Assembly: GCA_039815185.1 (NCBI GenBank)
Contig: JBCBZT010000009.1
Span: forward strand, 1-64,000
Reading direction: 5' to 3'
DNA: 64,000 nucleotides
Source of the DNA: Cyanobacteria bacterium P01_A01_bin.123
Lineage (GTDB): Bacteria > Cyanobacteriota > Cyanobacteriia > Phormidesmidales > Phormidesmidaceae
The position numbers were made by a program, and so were the translations under genes. The notes beneath the pieces are model-generated. The model was not told where the DNA came from. It saw only the letters and a list, made by a program, of their open reading frames with translations, and did not search any database. Of this stretch, positions 53,626-62,292 are shown piece by piece. Each line of letters opens with the position of its first letter. The stretch's first letter is position 1.

Positions 53626-53690
53626 AGAAACCGGGTTTCTGTGTCTGTGTTTGAGCATTCTAAACATTGTGCTAAAGAAACCCGGTTTCT
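53626..53690. repeat. AGAAACCGGGTTTCT inverted-repeat pair (cyanobacterial dispersed repeat)
   Basis: AGAAACCGGGTTTCT at 53626-53640 and its reverse complement AGAAACCCGGTTTCT at 53676-53690; degenerate copy at 48064-48078. Confidence 0.8.
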
Positions 53691-53700
53691 GGGAGTGGAG

Positions 53701-53871
53701 CTAGACAACATGCTTGGCCACCAACGACCCTAGGGCGTCGCCCATAGCCAATCCCACACATCTGTCCGTTGGAGCTTTAGTTTTGACTTGATCTATGGCG
53801 ACATCTCAAACCGTATCTGTCACCTTACCCACTGCCCAGCCTGCCACTGGAGTCAGGAATTCCAAAACCAT
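53701..53871 (-). pseudogene. gene remnant with internal TGA
   Basis: Manual translation MVLEFLTPVAGWAVGKVTDTV*DVAIDQVKTKAPTDRCVGLAMGDALGSLVAKHVV*. Confidence 0.4.
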
Positions 53872-53918
53872 AGCCATCCAGTCGTGTAGAGGTTGCCGCC
53901 ATTATGACAAGCAAACCT

Positions 53919-56726
53919 TTAATTCGTCTCGCCCATCAGCGTAAACGCTGCCCAATCGCGCGGGTGGGGATAGCGATCGCGGGTAATCAACATCGCCTGC
54001 CGCAACGCTTGGGCCTTATCTTGCCCCTGGCTCAACTGCTGGTAAAATTCAGTCATCAACTCCGCCGTCGGCGCATCCGGTACCGACCACAGCGACACCA
54101 CCACACTGGGCACCCCAGCCGCCACTAAAGATCGTGACAGGCCCACCACCCCGTCCCCCACAATCCTCCCCAACCCAGTATCGCAGGCGCTGAGCACCAC
54201 TAAATCGGCCTGTAAATCGAGCTGCAAAATTTCAGCCGCCGTCAGCAACCCATCGTCGCCATTGCCAGGCGTAAGGGCGATCGCTCCTGGTAAGTCTTGC
54301 ACCCCAGAAGCGGCTACCTGGCCATATTCCAACAGACCGTGGGTCGCCAGATGAATCACAGTGGCATCGGTGGCCTGTTGCTTGACCTGAGATTCTGTGG
54401 CTTGATTGCCGATGAGGGCTTGCAGATTAAATAGAGACGCGATCGCTTCGGCTTCTTGCTGGGCACCGGGTAGGGGAGGTAGCGGGGTGAGGCTATTGGT
54501 TTCCGGTGACCACACCTGGGGCATGGTGGGGTTGCCCACAACCAAAAACTCCGCCGGATTGACGTTGGCCAGCGTTGTCGAGTCGTGTTGGCTCAGCTGT
54601 TGAGTTAGCCCCAAAACTTGGATTGACGGCACCGTGGAAAGGGTATGGTGCTCAATTAAAACCTCGCCCGATGGGTTTTGCAGGGCCGCAAACGGCACCA
54701 GAAATAGGCTGTCTCGGGGGATAAAAATGACGCGATCGCCGGGGTCATCAGGCAAAAACTCGGCAATCGGGGCAATCAAAAGCTGGTGAAGCTGTTGGTA
54801 AATGGCTGCATCATCCCCTTGGGGACTGTTCCCAGCAACATTAGCGACGACCCCTACCCCCCGCCCGCCAACATCGAGGCGAACGGATTCAACTAAAGCA
54901 TTGAGCCAGGTGTCGGGTGCCCGCGTTGCTGCTCTAGTCTGGTTGGGTGCTAAGGCCTGGAGTGATACCGAGCGGAAGGCAATGTCACCATCGGGTTGCA
55001 CAACCCAAATGTGTAGGGCCGGGTCGCTCAAATCATCTTCTGCCAAGGAATATTCCACCAGGGTGGCATTTTGAGTGTGGGCGATTTGGCGAATTTGAGC
55101 CACATCCGGGGGCACAAGTTCAACCTCGGTGGCCAACTGCTCAGACAAATTAGCAGCAATCAGGTCTGCAAAGGCGCGGGTACGACCCTGTTCGCTCGCC
55201 ACCAGTGCATCTTCTGGGCGATCGGCTAACACCAACACCTGCTCTAGAGTGCGATAGATATTTTGCTGGGTTTCCAGCAGAGCGATTTTTTCGGCGTCGC
55301 TGAGATCAGCCGCCCGCACTTGATCAAGCAGCACCAGCGAACGACGGAGTTGAGATTCGGCCTCATCCAAGCGGTTTTGCTGGGCTGAAATCAGGGCCAG
55401 GTTGCGGCGGATGCGGGCTTCTCCTTGGGGATCTTCTAGGGTTTGAAAGATATCAAGGGCCTGGTTATAAAGGGCGATCGCGTCGTCATATTGCTCCCGC
55501 CGAGCGTAGATCAAGGCAATATTGTTGAGACTGCGGGCTTCGCCAAATCGGAACCCCGTTGCTTGAAAGAGCTCCAATGCCGCCGTGTAATAGGGCAGGG
55601 CTTGGTCGTCCTGCTGCTGGTTGTAGAAAACGGAGCCCAGGTTATTGAGGGTCGTGGCTTCTCCGCCGCGATCGCCCGTTTCCCGGTGAATGGCTAAGGC
55701 TTCCTCGTAGCTTTGTTGGGCAGCGGCATACTGCTCTAGGGACTCTTGAATGCCGCCGATGTTGTTTAAGGGGTAGCCCTGGTCGAAACGGTTACCAACA
55801 GACTGGAGAATCGCAACCGATTGTTGGCAGTGGTCTAAGGCGCGTTCATATTGCCCCAGTCGATAGTAGGTGAGGCAAAAGATATTCAGGGTAACGGCTT
55901 CTCCACTGCGATCGCCAACAGTGCGTCGCTTTTCTAGGGCGGATTGCAGTTGGGTCAAGGCTTGGGGATATTCGCCGAGGCGCACATAAATCAAACCCAG
56001 TTGGGTCAACGTGTGGGCTTCAGTCGCAAGATCATTCTGCGATCGAAAAAGTGTCAGCGCTTCCTCAATCACCTGAATAGCGGATTGATAATCGCCCAGC
56101 GACTGATGGGTTGACCCCAGGTTTGCCAGCACCTCTGCGGTTTTCCCCGGTTCGTTGAGGGTGCGATTGAGCGCCAATGCCTGTTCAAGATAGTCTAGAG
56201 ACGCCTCATAGTCACTGATGTCATTAGCGATGACGCCCAAATTGTTGAGGCTATCCGCTTCTAGCCTGGGGTTACCCAAGGTTTCTGCAAGGGTTAGGGC
56301 TTGGGTATAGCGATCGCGGGCCTGTGTCGCTTGTCCTAAAAACCGATACACCTGCCCCAAATCGATCAGCGTAAAACCTTCCCCAAGCGAGTTTCCGCTA
56401 TCGCGATAGGCTGCCAAAGCCTGTTCAAGCAGGGACAGCGCAGCTTCGTAATTATTTTGGTTCGCCTGCTCGATGCCCTGCATTCTAAGGCGATCGGCCT
56501 CGTTTGAGCCGAAGTTGCCCTGAGCAATGAATGGGGGACTGATTAGCGGAGCGGTCAGGGTAATGGGCGATTCATTAGAAATTCTAGGGACGATTGATTG
56601 ACTTGCTAAGGCAGGAAGGGGCGCGATCGCAGTCAAAATTCCCACCAAGAGGCTGTGTATCCACCGACTTTTCTCACCAGTATTCCGGACAGTGTTGCAG
56701 AAAAATCTAAGGAAAAAGCTAACCAT
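53919..56726 (-). CDS. TPR-repeat CHAT-domain protease
   Basis: About ten TPRs (EAxxLNNLG), IHLATHG (His), VVLSACDTG (Cys), VVSLW, WAAFTL; hydrophobic signal-like N-terminus. Confidence 0.93.
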   Translation of the reverse strand: MVSFFLRFFCNTVRNTGEKSRWIHSLLVGILTAIAPLPALASQSIVPRISNESPITLTAPLISPPFIAQGNFGSNEADRLRMQGIEQANQNNYEAALSLLEQALAAYRDSGNSLGEGFTLIDLGQVYRFLGQATQARDRYTQALTLAETLGNPRLEADSLNNLGVIANDISDYEASLDYLEQALALNRTLNEPGKTAEVLANLGSTHQSLGDYQSAIQVIEEALTLFRSQNDLATEAHTLTQLGLIYVRLGEYPQALTQLQSALEKRRTVGDRSGEAVTLNIFCLTYYRLGQYERALDHCQQSVAILQSVGNRFDQGYPLNNIGGIQESLEQYAAAQQSYEEALAIHRETGDRGGEATTLNNLGSVFYNQQQDDQALPYYTAALELFQATGFRFGEARSLNNIALIYARREQYDDAIALYNQALDIFQTLEDPQGEARIRRNLALISAQQNRLDEAESQLRRSLVLLDQVRAADLSDAEKIALLETQQNIYRTLEQVLVLADRPEDALVASEQGRTRAFADLIAANLSEQLATEVELVPPDVAQIRQIAHTQNATLVEYSLAEDDLSDPALHIWVVQPDGDIAFRSVSLQALAPNQTRAATRAPDTWLNALVESVRLDVGGRGVGVVANVAGNSPQGDDAAIYQQLHQLLIAPIAEFLPDDPGDRVIFIPRDSLFLVPFAALQNPSGEVLIEHHTLSTVPSIQVLGLTQQLSQHDSTTLANVNPAEFLVVGNPTMPQVWSPETNSLTPLPPLPGAQQEAEAIASLFNLQALIGNQATESQVKQQATDATVIHLATHGLLEYGQVAASGVQDLPGAIALTPGNGDDGLLTAAEILQLDLQADLVVLSACDTGLGRIVGDGVVGLSRSLVAAGVPSVVVSLWSVPDAPTAELMTEFYQQLSQGQDKAQALRQAMLITRDRYPHPRDWAAFTLMGETN

Positions 56727-56852
56727 CAATCGGCAATTCCTAACAGTTGAAGCAATGAACGAGGTTTAAACCGTTGACTACACCCAGATCTATAGTTTCC
56801 CCCTTACTCTACTTTTTAAGTAGTTGAGTCATAATCCAGAACTCGAGTTCGT

Positions 56853-57788
56853 CTAGGTAGTTAATGCGGCTAAAAGCTGGGCCGAGACGAAGGGCAAGAT
56901 GGCCTTGTTTTGGCTATTGTCTATGCCCTCTGTAAACACGACTAGCAAGTAGGGGGCACAGTCTGGAACTTCAATGTAAGCAGCATCGTGACGCACTTTA
57001 CTCGTCCACCCCGCCTTTGACCACACAGCTGAATTGGGAGATAGCCCCTCTGCCAAAAAACCTACGATCTGATTTTCGGGATCGTTAGCATAGTCTTTAG
57101 GATCGAGGCTGCGTTGCATAAGTGACATCATCGCCTGCGATCGCGCCGCTGTTACTGACACCCCACCCACAATGCTGTGAATCAATCTCGCCACCGCATT
57201 CGTGGTCAACCCATTACGATTTTCATAGGTTTCGCCCAAAAACAAGCGCTCCCGCCCGTAGGGGCCATCGCACCAGGTCTTTTGGTTCACATTGATGGTT
57301 TGCAGTTCCGGCCACTTCAAGCCTTGGAAATAGCGATTGACCAAGTTGCGCTGATTTTGCCAAGTCACAAACGGCCCTTCTGGTAATGCGGGGCCGCTAG
57401 TCGTTCCAGTCAGCACATCGATAACGAGACTGGTGGCATCGTTGCTAGAGTCCACAATCATGTCTCGTGTAGCCCGCATCAACTCGTCTGAGGGTTGAAT
57501 CATGCTTTGCTCTAGCCACTCTTGCACCGCTACGAGATAAAACAGCTTGACCACACTGGCCGGATAAATGGTTTCTACGCCGCGATAGGCGACTCCCCGG
57601 GGCCGATGCTGCCAAAACGCTTCTGGGCTTAGCGCCCCCCCGGTGTTGACGATTACGGGCGGATCATAAACTACCCAAGTCACCGCGATTTGGTTTTGAG
57701 CCAACCCCGGAAAAGCCTGCCAGGTTTGGGCTAGAACTTGATCTAAACTCTCTTGCAGTGCCCCATCGGTTTGAAAGAAGGTCATCAT
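56853..57788 (-). CDS. serine hydrolase, class A beta-lactamase-like
   Basis: PASVVKL (SxxK), SSNDA, SKAGW. Confidence 0.85.
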   Translation of the reverse strand: MMTFFQTDGALQESLDQVLAQTWQAFPGLAQNQIAVTWVVYDPPVIVNTGGALSPEAFWQHRPRGVAYRGVETIYPASVVKLFYLVAVQEWLEQSMIQPSDELMRATRDMIVDSSNDATSLVIDVLTGTTSGPALPEGPFVTWQNQRNLVNRYFQGLKWPELQTINVNQKTWCDGPYGRERLFLGETYENRNGLTTNAVARLIHSIVGGVSVTAARSQAMMSLMQRSLDPKDYANDPENQIVGFLAEGLSPNSAVWSKAGWTSKVRHDAAYIEVPDCAPYLLVVFTEGIDNSQNKAILPFVSAQLLAALTT

Positions 57789-57970
57789 CGCCGCGATCGC
57801 ATCATCAACAGTTTCCTCAGCTAGGATAAGCGGTTTCTAGCGTTTTGGGCTTTTACTTTATGATGAGTTGACTCGATTGATAAAGCGTGTCATTGGTACC
57901 CCCGATGCCCCTGAACACACCCCAATTCCCCGCGCGATCGCCACATTGCTAGCTGTTTTTTGAATCAAAA

Positions 57971-58999
57971 ATGCAAAAGCTTACCCTTACCCAACCCGAT
58001 GACTGGCATCTGCATGTCCGTGATGGTGCAGTGCTGAAGGCGGTTTTGCCCCATACGGTGCGTCAGTTTGCCCGCGCCATCATTATGCCGAATTTGAAGC
58101 CCCCCGTGCGCTCAGTAGCCGATGCTGCGGCCTATCGCGATCGCATCATTGCTGCAATTCCGACTGGCAAACGGTTTGAGCCACTGATGACGCTCTACCT
58201 CACTGACAACACAACTCCCCAAGACATTATCGCAGCCAAAGCCTCCCAGTTTGTCAAAGCGGTTAAGTACTATCCCGCCGGGGCAACCACCAATTCAGAC
58301 TCCGGGGTGACGAACATTCATCGCTGCGACCCGGTCTTTGAAGCGATGCAACAGGTCAACATGCCGCTATTGCTACACGGGGAAGTGACCGATCAAGCGG
58401 TTGATGTGTTCGATCGCGAGAAGGTCTTTATCGAGAAACAGTTGATCCCCCTCAAACAGCGATTCCCCAATCTGCGCATTGTGCTTGAGCACATTACCAC
58501 CTCAGATGCGGTGCAGTTTGTCTTAGCGGCTAACCACATCGCTGCCACGATCACGCCACAGCATCTCTTGTTTAACCGAAATATCCTATTCAAAGGGGGG
58601 ATCCGCCCCCATTTTTATTGCCTGCCAATTTTGAAACATGAGGTGCATCGTCAGGCAATTTTGCAAGCGGCCACCTCTGGGAATCATAAGTTTTTTCTGG
58701 GCACCGATAGCGCCCCCCATACCCGCAATAGCAAAGAAAATTCCTGTGGGTGTGCGGGGTGCTATTCGGCTTTGCATGCTCTGGAGCTATATGCAGAAGC
58801 GTTTGAAAGCGTTGATGCCCTCGATAAGCTTGAAGCGTTCGCCAGTTTTCATGGCCCAGACTTTTATCAACTTCCCCGCAATACGGAACAAATTACCTTG
58901 ATCAAAACCCCTTGGCGCATTCCTGACGAAGTGCCATTGACTGAATCCGGACTTGTGCCTTTGCGGGCAGGGGAAGAGATGACGTGGCAAATGGCATGA
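57971..58999 (+). CDS. pyrC: dihydroorotase (homodimeric type)
   Basis: [35 protein letters not shown]. Confidence 0.96.
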   Translation: MQKLTLTQPDDWHLHVRDGAVLKAVLPHTVRQFARAIIMPNLKPPVRSVADAAAYRDRIIAAIPTGKRFEPLMTLYLTDNTTPQDIIAAKASQFVKAVKYYPAGATTNSDSGVTNIHRCDPVFEAMQQVNMPLLLHGEVTDQAVDVFDREKVFIEKQLIPLKQRFPNLRIVLEHITTSDAVQFVLAANHIAATITPQHLLFNRNILFKGGIRPHFYCLPILKHEVHRQAILQAATSGNHKFFLGTDSAPHTRNSKENSCGCAGCYSALHALELYAEAFESVDALDKLEAFASFHGPDFYQLPRNTEQITLIKTPWRIPDEVPLTESGLVPLRAGEEMTWQMA

Positions 59000-59082
59000 T
59001 ACTGGTGCACCAGGGGGCAAAGCTTTTACGGCTCTGAATCTGTAGGGTAACGCAGCGATTTCAAAGTGCGATCGCTCTATAT

Positions 59083-60000
59083 CTATCTTGGCTCCTGACT
59101 CAAACTTGGCGGCAATGCTGGCGGTGTTTGAGGCACTGTAAAGTAAGTGGGTTGCTGCCCATGATCGCGATTGGGCTCAGAAAATAGCATTGGCGTTTGG
59201 ACAATCTGAGACTCATCACTAAGGGCTTGAACTTCTGACGCGATCGCCTCTATAGCCACCTCAAACGACTGATCCTCAGACTGTTGCCAGAGATAACGGG
59301 TCAACACATACGTAAATACCCCCGCATGAACGCCATCAAACATAGATTCGTCCGCCAACTGTTCAGCAGCAGAGGCTGCCAGCAATACGCCCTTGGCAAA
59401 GCCCGTTTCTGTCGCAAAACTACCGCCACCCATCACATCCAGCACGACGGTCAGTTGATCGGTTGCCAATCTACCCAGGATATCTGCGAGTTCCGGACGT
59501 GAAATGCTGCCCTCTGGCGGTGAGGGCACTGCGGATAACCAGTCTTCCCTTTCTGGAAAAGCGCCATCCACAGGCATCAGCACCCCCATCAAACAATCAT
59601 CCATCCCACAGTTTGGCTCTCTAACGAAGACGGTATGCCCCGAAAAGTGCAGCACAACAATGTCACCAGGACTTGCCTGCTGGATCAAGTGCGTTTCAAT
59701 GGCGTTCAAAATTCCGTCCCGGGTGGCTTCGCCATCAAGCAACGTGAGAATATCGGCTGGCTGGAACCCATAGCGATCGCGCAGCAATTGTTCTTGCAGT
59801 CGAACATCCGTAATGCACCCCTGAAGCGGAGTAATGTTCTCGTCTTGATAATCATTGATGCCAATTAACAGGGCTAACTTTCGGGGGGTAGGCTGGGCTG
59901 AAGCGTAGGGCACATGGAGTGGGTTGTATTGTCCCCAGCCTAGGGTAGCTAGGGTAGCCAGTGTGCCTCGTAAAAGTTGACGGCGGTATATTCGAGTCAT
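59083..60000 (-). CDS. caspase-family (peptidase C14) protein with Tat signal, catalytic Cys absent
   Basis: RRQLL Tat motif, RKLALLIGINDY, LQGCITDV, HFSGHT; VLDVMGG in place of LDSCHSG. Confidence 0.85.
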   Translation of the reverse strand: MTRIYRRQLLRGTLATLATLGWGQYNPLHVPYASAQPTPRKLALLIGINDYQDENITPLQGCITDVRLQEQLLRDRYGFQPADILTLLDGEATRDGILNAIETHLIQQASPGDIVVLHFSGHTVFVREPNCGMDDCLMGVLMPVDGAFPEREDWLSAVPSPPEGSISRPELADILGRLATDQLTVVLDVMGGGSFATETGFAKGVLLAASAAEQLADESMFDGVHAGVFTYVLTRYLWQQSEDQSFEVAIEAIASEVQALSDESQIVQTPMLFSEPNRDHGQQPTYFTVPQTPPALPPSLSQEPR

Positions 60001-60004
60001 AGTT

Positions 60005-60087
60005 ACAGATGAGAGAGACTACCTTTCTCGATGCCAATCACCTGGTTGTCTAGGGAGACGATGCAAGCGTGGGTTATGTTGCATCTG
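60005..60087 (+). pseudogene. decayed duplicate of the uma2 5' coding region
   Basis: 60020-60046 matches 60266-60292 at 25/27 nt; 60057-60087 matches 60300-60330 at 23/31 nt; indels between the blocks. Confidence 0.7.
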
Positions 60088-60233
60088 TCGTCCGGCAATC
60101 TGCCAACGTTATAATTTCTCTAACCTGAATAGATAAGGATTCTGTCGATGATCTTGCGGAGTACGGTTGAGCATGGCCGTAGCGATTTTAGGGCTTTTTG
60201 GACTGTGCTGGCTGGTTTTAGATAGGGGAACCG

Positions 60234-60983
60234 ATGGTTGATCAACTAACTATCACGGATGAAATTACCTTTCCCGATGCCAATCAACTGGTCACCGAGG
60301 ACGATACGCCAGTGGATAATTTTGCATCTGCTAAGCAACAGCGGCTTTTAGTCAGTTCGCTCTACAGTTCCTTGACTGAACAACGCTTTTTAGCCGAAGC
60401 CAATGTCGGTATTTATCACACTGTCAATCAACCGGCGATTGTCCCCGATGCCTTTGTCAGCTTCAATGTGCAGGTACCTGAAAACTGGTGGGAAAAGCAG
60501 AATCGCTGCTACCTGGTGTGGAATTTTGGCAAACCGCCCGAGATTGCGATTGAAATTGTCTCCAACAAGGTCGGTGGTGAACTAACGGACAAGCTTAAAA
60601 TCTATGAGCAGATGCGAGTGAGCTACTACGGCGTCTATGACCCTAGCCAACAGTTGGGCGATACCATACTGCGGCTCTACGAAATTAGAGGAATACATTT
60701 CACTGAAATGCAAGAACCCTGGCTAGAGCAGGTGGGCCTAGGTTTAACGACTTGGCAGGGTGACTTTGAAGGGCGGCAGGACACCTGGCTCCGCTGGTGT
60801 GATCAGAGTGGCAACATTTTGTTGACGGGTGACGAGCGAGCCGAACAAGAAAAACAGCGAGCTGAACAAGAAAAACAGCGGGCTGAACAAGAAAAGCAGC
60901 GGGCTGAACAAGAAAAGCAGCGGGCCGATCGCTTGGCGGATTTTTTGCGATCGCAAGGCATCAACCCTGATCAATTACCCTAG
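60234..60983 (+). CDS. Uma2-family (PD-(D/E)xK) endonuclease-like protein with coiled-coil repeat tail
   Basis: TEDDTPVDN, IVPDAF, PEIAIEIVS, WLRWCD, RAEQEKQ repeats. Confidence 0.92.
   Translation: MVDQLTITDEITFPDANQLVTEDDTPVDNFASAKQQRLLVSSLYSSLTEQRFLAEANVGIYHTVNQPAIVPDAFVSFNVQVPENWWEKQNRCYLVWNFGKPPEIAIEIVSNKVGGELTDKLKIYEQMRVSYYGVYDPSQQLGDTILRLYEIRGIHFTEMQEPWLEQVGLGLTTWQGDFEGRQDTWLRWCDQSGNILLTGDERAEQEKQRAEQEKQRAEQEKQRAEQEKQRADRLADFLRSQGINPDQLP
60837..60926 (+). repeat. 21-bp coding tandem repeat x4 (RAEQEKQ)
   Basis: CGRGCYGAACAAGAAAARCAG units at 60837, 60858, 60879 and 60900. Confidence 0.92.
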
Positions 60984-61006
60984 TATCAGTCAAATAGTAT
61001 CAATCA

Positions 61007-61267
61007 ATGAAAATCCCCGATCTAGACGCCGACACGATCAATCGCGTGATTGAAATGGCCTGGGAAGATCGCACTCCCTTTGTCGCCATCGAACGTCAAT
61101 TTGGCCTCAAAGAAAAAGACGTGATTGTCCTCATGCGTCGGCAAATGGAAGCCTCCAGCTTTAGGATGTGGCGCAAGCGGGTGTCTGGTCGCAAAACCAA
61201 GCACCTCAAACAGCGAGACTTCCTGTCGGGACGGTTTAAGTCCAGCAACCAGAAGGGCTCGTTGTAA
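61007..61267 (+). CDS. TIGR03643/DUF2805 family protein
   Basis: RVIEMAWEDRTPF, SSFRMWRKRVSGRKTKH. Confidence 0.88.
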   Translation: MKIPDLDADTINRVIEMAWEDRTPFVAIERQFGLKEKDVIVLMRRQMEASSFRMWRKRVSGRKTKHLKQRDFLSGRFKSSNQKGSL

Positions 61268-61296
61268 GATCAAGATGAGTATTGAGGGGCGATCGC

Positions 61297-62079
61297 CTAA
61301 TGAAGAATCTGCGACAAGAACTTCTGCGACCGTTCTTCTTTGGGGTTGTTGAAGAACTCTTCAGGCGTACCTTCTTCAACCAAAACGCCGTCAGCCATTA
61401 GCACCACCCGGTCAGCCACTTCACGGGCAAAGCCGACTTCGTGGGTCACACAGACCATGGTCATCCCTTCACCCGCCAGCTCACGCATCACGTCGAGCAC
61501 TTCGCGCACCATTTCGGGGTCGAGGGCAGAGGTGGGTTCGTCGAACAGCATCGCTTTGGGTTGCATGGCAAGTGAGCGGGCGATCGCGACCCGTTGCTGC
61601 TGTCCGCCAGAGAGCTGGCCTGGAAACTTGTGGGCCTGCTCTAAAATACCAACCCGCTCTAAGAACTGCATGGCAACCTCAGTGGCTTTGGCCTTGGGCC
61701 ATCGCCGTACCCAAATGGGGGCCAGGGTGACGTTTTGCAGCACAGTTAAGTGGGGAAACAGGTTGAAATGCTGAAACACCATACCCACTTCTTTGCGGAC
61801 TTGCTCAATATCTTTCAGGTCATGGGAGATTAAAATGCCATCAATTTCAATGCTGCCTTTTTGGTAAGGCTCTAGGGCATTGAACGTGCGGATAAAGGTG
61901 GATTTACCTGAACCCGATGGCCCCATTACCACCACCACCTCACCTCGATTCACTGTCAGACTAACGCCTTTGAGCACATGGAAGCCGTTGTCGTACCACT
62001 TTTCCACATCCTTGGCGATGATAACGGGTTCTGTCCCCATCTGATCGGTTGGTGTGGTCTCGGTTTGATACTGTGTCAT
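61297..62079 (-). CDS. bgtA: polar amino acid ABC transporter ATP-binding protein (BgtA/AapP-like)
   Basis: [31 protein letters not shown]; follows two permeases as in the cyanobacterial natFGH-bgtA locus (symbol from synteny). Confidence 0.85.
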   Translation of the reverse strand: MTQYQTETTPTDQMGTEPVIIAKDVEKWYDNGFHVLKGVSLTVNRGEVVVVMGPSGSGKSTFIRTFNALEPYQKGSIEIDGILISHDLKDIEQVRKEVGMVFQHFNLFPHLTVLQNVTLAPIWVRRWPKAKATEVAMQFLERVGILEQAHKFPGQLSGGQQQRVAIARSLAMQPKAMLFDEPTSALDPEMVREVLDVMRELAGEGMTMVCVTHEVGFAREVADRVVLMADGVLVEEGTPEEFFNNPKEERSQKFLSQILH

Positions 62080-62292
62080 TACCTAATCTCTCCTGCTGAT
62101 CTAGCCCAGCGCGATCGCTCAATTTTCAATACTTAAACAAAAGGATGCCGCTGTGGAATTATCCAGCCCCTATCCCTATATTTGTCTATTTTGGCACTAA
62201 CCTAAAAGGTCTTACGGTTTCTGTCTGTCAACTGTTACACGCAGAACGTATAATTCTTCCAGCCAGTGACCTGCAAATCAGCGGCGTTCAAA

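Noticed and set aside
56853..57788. Antibiotic-resistance beta-lactamase (and VanX at 9851-10567 as vancomycin resistance)
   Set aside because: Both look like ordinary chromosomal cell-wall or hydrolase family members with no mobile or resistance-cluster context
60005..60330. Diversity-generating retroelement TR/VR pair
   Set aside because: Mismatches are not confined to adenines, indels are present, the match is at the gene's 5' end, and no reverse transcriptase is in the window
62226..62239. TGTCAACTGTTACA as an NtcA site for the ABC ATPase gene
   Set aside because: Spacing does not fit GTA-N8-TAC
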